DNA of 64,000 nt. Source: Candidatus Micrarchaeota archaeon (GTDB lineage Archaea > Micrarchaeota > Micrarchaeia > Anstonellales > Bilamarchaeaceae). Positions 56,084-64,000 of this stretch are shown here, one piece after another; within the stretch, counting starts at the first letter, position 1, and every line of letters starts with the position of its first letter. Where the stretch lies: NCBI GenBank assembly GCA_016932815.1, contig JAFGCC010000017.1:3581-67580 (forward strand), read 5' to 3'. The translations under genes were made by a program, and so were the position numbers. The notes under the pieces were generated by a model. That model saw nothing but the letters and a program-made list of their open reading frames with translations, had not been told where the DNA came from and made no database searches.

Positions 56084-58066
56084 TTGATAAACGTCGGGGA
56101 AGATGACTTTCTCATTGCAACCGACATAGACCGCCTAATAGACATCCTCTCTACCCGCAAGGACGTGGAAGTCGGGAACCTCTCGCGCGAATTGAAGATG
56201 AACCGCAAGGAGGTGGAGAAATGGCTCCACGTCCTAGAAGAAGAGGGTTTAGTGGATTTGGTAAACCGCGTGGGCTCGCTCCACGTGGTCTGGATAATGG
56301 GCTCTCCGCACCCACAGGAGCATTCCCGCAGGAAAAAAGCGCCCCAGGCCCGCCCGCGGGAACCTGCCCCCGCGCGCAGGGAAACCCCCGTGCGCGAGGA
56401 AACGCCCGCCGCAATAGAGCTTGCAACAGAGATAGGCGCAATGCGCTCAGTCGCCCCCCCGCTCCCTTCAGGGGGAAGCGGAAAATCATTATTTTCGGGA
56501 ATCTTCCGCGGCAGAAGGCTCAGGAAGAAATCATCCGCAAAGGCTCCGCCTAGGATAAGCATTGAGGATGAGGAATCTGGGGCGGAACCGGAGGCGGAAG
56601 AGCCCGCACCGATAGCCCGCGAGTACGTTCCTACGCACAGGATTGCGAAAGTGGAAATCCAGAGGACCGAACCAGCCGGGCTTGAAGACGACATCCTAGA
56701 AGACGAACTACTGCAGGATGAAGAAGAGAAACTCCTTCCCCTGCGCAAAAGCCATGCCCCAAGCCGGGCGGAGCCCATCCCCACTATCATGGCACACGAA
56801 ATTGCGCCAGAACCGGAAGCGAGGATGAAAAAGAAACTAGAAAAAAGCGAATTCCTAAAACTCCCGCGCAGCCAGACTGGCAAGCTAAGGGCGCGCTTGG
56901 AAGATTACCTCCAATTAATCCGCGAAGGCAAAAGGGAACTCAATTCCCTGGAAACCGAAAAAGAGAAAATACACCGTGAAGGCTTCCTGTCCCTTGAAAA
57001 GGATTTTGAGGCAAGCCTGGACAACATAGAATACGCACTTCTTGAAAAGGAAAAAAGAATCCTTGAAGCAAAGGAGCGCTTCTCATCAATCCCGGAAAAA
57101 ATAGGCACGCTAAACGAGATACAGGAGTCCCTTAGCGGATTCGATTCCGATGCAAGGGAGCTCCTCTCAAAAACCAGGGAAGACCTGGACTCGCGCTGGA
57201 GCAGGCTCCAGGAAGTGGGGGAAGAACTCTCAGAAGAACTCGCAAAAGGCGAAGACGAAGCGATGCACGAGCGCAGCAGGATGATGCAATTGCGCGATAT
57301 GCTCCAGTCTATTGACCACGCAGAATCCCAGCTTAGGGAAACCCTCGTTTCAAGCAGGAGCGTAATAGAGGAGATGGAGGAGAAAGTGCGCGATGTTGAG
57401 GATTCGCTTGAAACGCTTTCCGATTCCCGCGCGCTCCTAGAAGAGAGGATTGAGGGAATCCGCTCAGCCCTTGAGCGCAAGATGAGGGGCCTAGACGAAT
57501 TGCGCACCCAGATGGAACAAATCGAGGAAGTGGAATCCTGGTTCCGCGAATACTCAGAAGACTACGAATCCAAGATGGACGAGCTCCAGCAATACGTGCA
57601 GGAGAGCGAGGAAGAGCTCTCCCACATAAAGAAGGCAGCGGAGCTTGAATACGTAAAGCGCTACCTTGGGGAGCTAGAAGGAACAGAGCAGAAATACCGC
57701 GACAACCTTGGCGCACTGGAGATGGAGGAAGCGAGCATAGACGAGAAAATCTCCGAAGTCCGCTCCCGCATAAAGCAGCTAATGCGCGAGAGTTCCGAAC
57801 TAATGTCCAAGTACCGCCAGATGACAGAGGGCGGAGCAGGGTTTGAGGAGATGGTCGCAACCGCGAAATCCAAATCACGCGTACAGCTTAGGACGATTGA
57901 GGAAAAAGCCAGGCAGCGCGGAAAGCTCCCAAGTTCCATAGCGCCCAGCCTGAAAAAGGCTGCGCCCAAAACCGCGAAATCCGCGCCCAGGCCAAAGGCC
58001 CGCACAAAGAAGCGTGCAAGTGCCAAAAAACCTTCGGGCAGGAGCGGAAGGAAATCCCGCAAATAG
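56084..58066 (+). CDS. Winged-HTH plus long coiled-coil protein with basic tail
   Basis: TDIDRLIDIL..VEKWLHVLEEEGLV wHTH, Pro/Glu-rich linker, ~350-aa coiled coil, Lys-rich end; TTG 56084 has GAGGTG upstream. Confidence 0.75.
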   Translation: MINVGEDDFLIATDIDRLIDILSTRKDVEVGNLSRELKMNRKEVEKWLHVLEEEGLVDLVNRVGSLHVVWIMGSPHPQEHSRRKKAPQARPREPAPARRETPVREETPAAIELATEIGAMRSVAPPLPSGGSGKSLFSGIFRGRRLRKKSSAKAPPRISIEDEESGAEPEAEEPAPIAREYVPTHRIAKVEIQRTEPAGLEDDILEDELLQDEEEKLLPLRKSHAPSRAEPIPTIMAHEIAPEPEARMKKKLEKSEFLKLPRSQTGKLRARLEDYLQLIREGKRELNSLETEKEKIHREGFLSLEKDFEASLDNIEYALLEKEKRILEAKERFSSIPEKIGTLNEIQESLSGFDSDARELLSKTREDLDSRWSRLQEVGEELSEELAKGEDEAMHERSRMMQLRDMLQSIDHAESQLRETLVSSRSVIEEMEEKVRDVEDSLETLSDSRALLEERIEGIRSALERKMRGLDELRTQMEQIEEVESWFREYSEDYESKMDELQQYVQESEEELSHIKKAAELEYVKRYLGELEGTEQKYRDNLGALEMEEASIDEKISEVRSRIKQLMRESSELMSKYRQMTEGGAGFEEMVATAKSKSRVQLRTIEEKARQRGKLPSSIAPSLKKAAPKTAKSAPRPKARTKKRASAKKPSGRSGRKSRK

Positions 58067-58142
58067 CGGCACTCCCCGCCATTCAAATTTTTTGCACTCC
58101 ACCCTACGTCGTAGCACTCAACGCGCGCGCGTTATTTATTTT

Positions 58143-58157
58143 AAAAAGATATATAAA
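58143..58157 (+). promoter_or_regulatory. BRE/TATA for the giant surface-protein gene
   Basis: AAAAAG-ATATATAAA ending 30 nt before ATG 58187. Confidence 0.55.
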
Positions 58158-58186
58158 TGCTATTTCCGTTGTTTTTTTGTGGGTAG

Positions 58187-61100
58187 ATGAGTGAAGGTTG
58201 TGCAAAATCAGGATTACTTAGTTCCATTGCCATAATCCTACTACTCTTCCTATCCGGCAGCGCAGGCGTTTTCTGCCCCATAGAAAACGTGGACGCAAAC
58301 GGCACTTCCTGCAACTACCAGGTAATCCCGATACTAGTCCCAATTGAGGAAACCCTGCTTACTACCGACGACTTCGTGCAGGGCCCAGCTGAAATCGGCC
58401 AGCCTGTTAGGTGGCGGAGGATCTTCACCCCATCTCGCACCTCCAACTCCATGGAGATTGAGCTGCACGCAAACGCATTCGACATCGCACTCAACGCCCC
58501 GGTCAACGGCACCCACTTCTGGCTCTCCCCATCTTCCTGGTCGATTGAGCGCTATGCGTCTTCCCCCAGGGGCGACAAGGGAATTTTCAGGATGATTTTC
58601 AATGCGGGCCTCCCTTCCGGGAGCACAGGCGAAGTGGAAGCCGAATACTACACCGAAGCCCCCGCAATAAACGTGACGCCCCTCTCCCACGACAAAATCG
58701 CAGTGAGGGTTTCTTCCCAGACCCACTACCAGAACATCCTAGCATACGCGGACGTCCCGGACACCCAATACCGCGAGGGCGGCATCTCGCTATACCTCAC
58801 GACCAACGGCACCTTTGAGCAGGCGCAAATAACGAACTATTCTGACACCAACGGGAACGGGTTCATAGACCGCATATACTGGATAGTCCCCCACCTTAGC
58901 GAGCAGACCTACGAGATAGTCCTAATAAGCGGCGCAGAGCACCTGGATGAAAACCGCACGTTCGTAGAAGACGCCTACGAGTACGTGCGCACCAGGGGCG
59001 ACAACCTCTCAATCCAAATCCCGGATGGCCACTACCTGCGCGCGGCATTCGAGCGCCCCCTCAATTCTTCTGCCGACATAACGATTTACGCTTCAAGCAA
59101 TTCCTCCAACGCCTCTGTTGCGGTCTATGAAAGAAACGAGTCCACCCTGCTTGCCGATTTCGGAACCATAAGCCAATACGGCAAATACCAGGTGTTCCTC
59201 ACCCTCCTAAATGGGACGCAGGACACTTTCGACTTGCGGGTGTCCGGAGGGGAAGTCGTTTTCGATTACGTCACCGACCCGCCCTACAACGACACGATGA
59301 TGTCGCTCAACCCCAACTTCCGCTGGGTGCTGGATGGGGATTTCACAGACGAGATGGGCAATCTGGACGGAACTCCGGGGCAGGCACCCGATTACGTTGC
59401 CACGATAATCCCCCACAGCGAGCATCCCCAGTGCGGAGATTTCACGCCCAACGACGAGATGCACGTAGCCGACGACCCCCTCATAAACACGGGAAGCGGC
59501 TACGTGGGGGAAGTGCGCTCAATCTCGGTATGGTTCATAGCCGACACAATCCCCACCAACGACGGGAACGTAATCTGGGGGGAGGGAGGGGGAAGCAACT
59601 CCCTCTCAGTCTATACTTATGATGATGGCGGAACCACGAAAGTCTACTGTGCCGCAGTAGAAGGCGGAAACGAAGACTGGGTGGAATACCCAATAACCGC
59701 CGGAGAACTCTACCACCTAGGCTGTACCTACGACTTCCCCAATGATGAAATAAACATGTACCTAAACGGAACGCTCGTTGACACCGACAACTCGCTCTCA
59801 ATAGGGGCTTCTCTTAATTCCCACGGAGCCAACAACGCCCTGGGCGGCCAGGACGGGAACACCGACAACCACCTGGGAACCCAGATGAGCGACAACTTCG
59901 ATGGGAGGATTGCGGATTTCGCCTACTGGAGCGGAGGAACCGTCCTGAGCGCGGAGAACATGAGCGCCATCTTCAATTCCGGAATGTACGGCTCGCCCAG
60001 CGGGGAAGTGGAATGGAACGTGTCCTCGCTCGACCTTGGCACGGCTTACACTTCCGAACCCCCCACGGGAGCGGCGAGCATAACCTCAAATGGCACAAAC
60101 AGCAACGCCACAGTCTCATGCGTGTATGGGAACTGCACCAAGATTGCGGACAGCTGGATAGACGGCACGAACATGTCCGATTCCCAGTCATTCGATGTAA
60201 ACTTCACCTGCAACTCCACAACCGCAGGCAGTTTCTCCGCATTGTTCAACGCAACCTCCGATGAAGACGCAACGCCCAGCCAGATAAACGTTTCATGCAC
60301 GCTGATGCAGCCTTCAGTTGAATGGAACATGTCGGAGCTGGAGATTGGAACCGCAGAGCCGGATGAGGGTTCGCTCCATGGCTCAGCCAACATAACCTCC
60401 AACGGCACAAACAGCAACGTCGCACTATCCTGCGTGTATGGAAACTGCACAGAAATCACCGAAGACTGGCTTGACACTACCGACATGCACGATGGCGAAA
60501 CCTTCATGGTGAATTTCACCTGCTCCAATTCCTCTATCGGGAATTTCTCGGCAATCTTCAACCTCACTTCCGATTGGGATGCCTCCCCGGAGCAGGTAAA
60601 CGTGACCTGCACTATTGACTATTATCCCTCAATCCACATAATATCCGCAGTCCACCTAGATGAAAACAGGCTATTCATAGAAGACGTTTACGAGAAGGTA
60701 AAAACGATAGATTCCCTGAGGGCGAGAATCCCGCCCACACACTACCTAAGAGTCGTTTTCGACAGGGAGCTTGACGCTTCCAAGGACATAACGATTTACG
60801 CGGCGCACCCCCCGGGCCCCGGCACCCCATACGTTGACGTTTATGAGGAAGGGGGTTCCACGGCCATCGCCTCTTTCGGGGAAATCTCGCAGTATGGGAA
60901 ATACCAGACGTTCCTAACCCTGCTAAATGGCACCCAGGACACTTTTGATTTGCGGGTAATAGGCGCGCAAGTCGGTTTCGATTACGTCACCGACCCCCCA
61001 CAGTGGGATTATAATTTCAGCAAATGCAAAAACATCACCCTCACAAACGTGGGCACCACCAACCTTACCGATTTCACCATTTACGTGAACGTGAGCTACG

Positions 61101-64000
61101 ATTCGGACATGCGCTCGGACTACGGGGACATCCGCTTCGTGGATTCTCCCTGCGACAGCGGAGGCAACCCCTTCAACTACGAAATAGAATACACCGATGC
61201 AAACCACGCAGACACCTGGGTGCGCCTCGATTACCTCCCTCCCGAAGGCAGGATAATTTCCATGTATTATGGAAACGACAGCACGGCCTCAAGCCAGAAC
61301 CCCGCAACCGCCTGGAACTACACCTACACGAGCATCTACCACCTAAACCACACAAGCGGAAATGCAATAGACACAATGGGGAACCATTCCGCCACGGAGG
61401 TGGTGGACCCGGACTCCAACATGGACGTCCTTGGAATGTTCGGGCGGGCGGATTATTTTGATGGCAGCGACTACCTTGACAACAACCCCAAGTGGTCGGT
61501 AACCGCCCCGTTTGCCTACGAAGCGTGGATACGCGCCGATACTTCCTCCTCCGACATGATAATCCTAGAAGACGGAGCGCAGGTGCAGGGTGCGGGAATC
61601 GGGGTAAGCTCTTCTGGCTACTTCGTTTTCGGAGGCTACTATTCATCCTCCTACCGCTCTGCCAATTCCACTGCCGCAGTAGACGACAACCAATGGCACT
61701 ACGTAGTGGGGGTAAACGAGCCTGGCTACAATATGCTAGCATACGTGGACGGAGTTCTCGTGGCGAACACCTCAGGCATTGCAGGCGGCCTCAACCCCGG
61801 CTCCAACGGGGCCGCAATAGCGTTTGTCAACAACATAGACTCCACGTTCCCTTCCGGAGGAACCTATTTCACCGGATACCTAGATGAAATCCGCGTCTCC
61901 ACAAACGTGCTGCGCACATCCGACTGGATAAACCAGACCTACCTGGCAGTCGTAAACCAGAGCGGCATCGTGGCTTTCGGGGCCGAGCAGGCCCGCGACG
62001 GCTCTGGGGCCTCGGTTTCCTGGAACGTGTCTTCGCTTGATTTGGGAGTTGGCGCGCAATCAGGCGGCCCAATTGCGGGTTCTGCGAACATAACCTCAAG
62101 CGGGACCAACAGCAACATCACAGTATCCTGCGATTCCGGCAACTGCTCAACTATCAGCGAAGACTGGATAGACAGCACCAACATGACTGATGGCCAGTCA
62201 TTCATTGCAAACTTTAGCTGCTCCAACTCAACAGCAGGGAATTTCTCGGCAACCTTCAACCTGAGTTCCGCGCAGGACACCTCAATTGAGCAGATAGTGG
62301 TAAACTGCACAATCGTCACTCCCCCCGGGATAACGATAAACTCGCCTTCGGGAATTCTCGCGGACGTTACCCCCGCCCTCAACATTACCCTTGACCAGGC
62401 TGCCGACACGCTCTGGTACAACGTGGATGGCGGGGCAAACTCCACAATCTGCACTTCCTGCGGCGGGGAGCAGGCAACGTTCCTCCACCTTGCAGAAGGC
62501 AGCTACACAATCCACGTGTATGCAAACAACACCGTAGGCCAGAATTACGAAAACTCTTCATTTACAGTAGACATGAATGGCAACTACTTTGACAGCTTCG
62601 AAGACAATTCGAGTGTGGAAACCTACGAAGGGGTAACCTACAACCCCGGGAACATAAGTTTCGAAGGCTCCGGCTCTTCCCCCCCGGATTCCTGGTGGGA
62701 TCCAAGCTTTTCGCGGTGCCGCAACATCACCGTAACAAACGTAGGCTCAAGCACCCTCACGAACTTCCCCCTGTATGTGAATGTGACCTACGATTCCGAC
62801 ATGAAAGCGGATTATTCGGACTTGCGCTTTGTGAATACTTCCTGCAACAACAACGGAAGCGCGCTTGATTTTGAAATAGAATACTCAAATGCCAGCCACG
62901 CGGCAACATGGGTGGAAATCCCCAGCCTCCCCGCGGGGGGCACCACGATTTCAGTCTACTACGGCAATTCCAGCGCATCCCCGGCCCACAACCCCTCAGG
63001 AGTCTGGGATTCCAACTACGCTGCAATCTACCACTTCAACCACACAACCGGGGCCCTTGCCGACACCAAGGGGGCATTCAACGTTCCGGATGGGATGTCC
63101 CCGGATTCCAACAAGGACGTAATGGGCGTAACCGGAAGGGCGGATTATTTTGATGGCGGGGATTATTTCGGCCCGCAGAGCTGGGACCTAGACGATACCG
63201 GAACGGGCTTTGCCTACTGCGCCTGGGTGCGCTTTAGCAGCACCAGCCTGATGGTGGTGGCTGAAGACGGGGCCTACGTAAGCGGGGCAGGGATAGGGAT
63301 GACCGGGGGCAACCTCCGCTTCGGGGTAAGCATATCCTCCACCCACTACCCAATAGACAGCACGAGCACTTACAACGACGATTCATGGCACTATATGTGC
63401 GGAGTTTCCACAGGGACCCAGACCCAGCTTTATGTGGACGGCGAACTGGATGGGCAGGAAACCCGCACCGCTGCAATAGGAACCGATGCTGGAGGAGTCG
63501 GCTACGGCCTAGGCGGGAGCGCCGGAAATGCGGTATCCGGAGATGGCAGCAGCAACTACTACTACACAGGCTACATGGACGAACTCTGGATGTCCTACAC
63601 CTCAAGGAGCGCCGACTGGATAAACCAGACCTACCAGGCAATAGCCAGCCAGGCTTCGATAGTAAGCATAGGGGGCGAGGAATCCTCCGCAGGCTCCTCT
63701 GGAGGCTCCGGCAATTTCACCTCATACTCGATAAACACGACCGGCCTAATAGGCAGCTTCTTGGATATAACCTGGAACGAAGTAGGAACGGATTCGACCA
63801 ACAACATCTCAGTGAAAATCAGCGTGGACAACGGCAACAACTATTATGCGGCAACCAACGGCTCAAGCTTATCCGGCTTCACGCCCGGAAGCGCCATAAT
63901 CTACCGCGCCATCTTCACAACCGACAGCGCGGCAACGATTGCATTAACCGACATGAACATCACATGGGCAAGCGAGGCGGTCTCATGGAACCAGTCCTCA
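58187..64000 (+). CDS. Giant secreted/surface glycoprotein (>1938 aa, 3'-truncated) with LamG-like, DUF2341-like and Ig-like repeats
   Basis: Starts MSEGCAKSGLLSSIAIILLLFLSGSAG (signal peptide); same frame still reads ..TWASEAVSWNQSS at base 64000; repeats HLDENR x2, C.NIT.TNVG..DSDM..DY.D.RFV x2, W.YV.G / G.LDE LamG-like motifs; many N-x-S/T sequons. Confidence 0.88.
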   Translation, partial: MSEGCAKSGLLSSIAIILLLFLSGSAGVFCPIENVDANGTSCNYQVIPILVPIEETLLTTDDFVQGPAEIGQPVRWRRIFTPSRTSNSMEIELHANAFDIALNAPVNGTHFWLSPSSWSIERYASSPRGDKGIFRMIFNAGLPSGSTGEVEAEYYTEAPAINVTPLSHDKIAVRVSSQTHYQNILAYADVPDTQYREGGISLYLTTNGTFEQAQITNYSDTNGNGFIDRIYWIVPHLSEQTYEIVLISGAEHLDENRTFVEDAYEYVRTRGDNLSIQIPDGHYLRAAFERPLNSSADITIYASSNSSNASVAVYERNESTLLADFGTISQYGKYQVFLTLLNGTQDTFDLRVSGGEVVFDYVTDPPYNDTMMSLNPNFRWVLDGDFTDEMGNLDGTPGQAPDYVATIIPHSEHPQCGDFTPNDEMHVADDPLINTGSGYVGEVRSISVWFIADTIPTNDGNVIWGEGGGSNSLSVYTYDDGGTTKVYCAAVEGGNEDWVEYPITAGELYHLGCTYDFPNDEINMYLNGTLVDTDNSLSIGASLNSHGANNALGGQDGNTDNHLGTQMSDNFDGRIADFAYWSGGTVLSAENMSAIFNSGMYGSPSGEVEWNVSSLDLGTAYTSEPPTGAASITSNGTNSNATVSCVYGNCTKIADSWIDGTNMSDSQSFDVNFTCNSTTAGSFSALFNATSDEDATPSQINVSCTLMQPSVEWNMSELEIGTAEPDEGSLHGSANITSNGTNSNVALSCVYGNCTEITEDWLDTTDMHDGETFMVNFTCSNSSIGNFSAIFNLTSDWDASPEQVNVTCTIDYYPSIHIISAVHLDENRLFIEDVYEKVKTIDSLRARIPPTHYLRVVFDRELDASKDITIYAAHPPGPGTPYVDVYEEGGSTAIASFGEISQYGKYQTFLTLLNGTQDTFDLRVIGAQVGFDYVTDPPQWDYNFSKCKNITLTNVGTTNLTDFTIYVNVSYDSDMRSDYGDIRFVDSPCDSGGNPFNYEIEYTDANHADTWVRLDYLPPEGRIISMYYGNDSTASSQNPATAWNYTYTSIYHLNHTSGNAIDTMGNHSATEVVDPDSNMDVLGMFGRADYFDGSDYLDNNPKWSVTAPFAYEAWIRADTSSSDMIILEDGAQVQGAGIGVSSSGYFVFGGYYSSSYRSANSTAAVDDNQWHYVVGVNEPGYNMLAYVDGVLVANTSGIAGGLNPGSNGAAIAFVNNIDSTFPSGGTYFTGYLDEIRVSTNVLRTSDWINQTYLAVVNQSGIVAFGAEQARDGSGASVSWNVSSLDLGVGAQSGGPIAGSANITSSGTNSNITVSCDSGNCSTISEDWIDSTNMTDGQSFIANFSCSNSTAGNFSATFNLSSAQDTSIEQIVVNCTIVTPPGITINSPSGILADVTPALNITLDQAADTLWYNVDGGANSTICTSCGGEQATFLHLAEGSYTIHVYANNTVGQNYENSSFTVDMNGNYFDSFEDNSSVETYEGVTYNPGNISFEGSGSSPPDSWWDPSFSRCRNITVTNVGSSTLTNFPLYVNVTYDSDMKADYSDLRFVNTSCNNNGSALDFEIEYSNASHAATWVEIPSLPAGGTTISVYYGNSSASPAHNPSGVWDSNYAAIYHFNHTTGALADTKGAFNVPDGMSPDSNKDVMGVTGRADYFDGGDYFGPQSWDLDDTGTGFAYCAWVRFSSTSLMVVAEDGAYVSGAGIGMTGGNLRFGVSISSTHYPIDSTSTYNDDSWHYMCGVSTGTQTQLYVDGELDGQETRTAAIGTDAGGVGYGLGGSAGNAVSGDGSSNYYYTGYMDELWMSYTSRSADWINQTYQAIASQASIVSIGGEESSAGSSGGSGNFTSYSINTTGLIGSFLDITWNEVGTDSTNNISVKISVDNGNNYYAATNGSSLSGFTPGSAIIYRAIFTTDSAATIALTDMNITWASEAVSWNQSS

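Noticed and set aside
56063-58066. SMC subunit for ScpAB
   Set aside because: No Walker A/B, ABC signature or hinge.
58315-63840. Many short ORFs on both strands in the last 6 kb
   Set aside because: Shadows of the single long + strand frame starting at 58187.

Overview
Chromosomal window of an archaeon. uL16/L10e, RFC small subunit, a KaiC/RAD55-like ATPase, class III signal-peptide pilins and TATA-box promoters support this; the orphan gene families and a giant surface protein suggest a DPANN lineage, probably Micrarchaeota (inference). Housekeeping genes (prs, pyrB, tmk, tRNA-Glu, rfcS, ileS, eno, valS, pyrC, scpA/scpB, dCMP deaminase, hisS, rpl10e) alternate with clusters of tandem orphan paralogs. 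Most notable: (1) two copies of a 95-140 bp multi-hairpin element (14625-14764 and 43457-43551) with conserved linkers and compensatory stem changes, each flanked by a site-specific ~28-30 bp direct repeat, one of which re-creates the scpB start; (2) a tightly coupled operon around a VirB4/HerA-like ATPase with membrane partners; (3) three tandem helical paralogs with hydrophobic hairpins, and a duplicated two-gene module; (4) an AblB-like GNAT next to an M20 deacylase, a ubiquitin-like-domain/TtuA fusion and a CBS-HPF fusion; (5) a >1938-aa surface protein missing from the ORF track because it runs off the window end. No integrase, transposase or CRISPR-Cas genes were seen. All family calls come from motif recognition by eye; no database searches were run.
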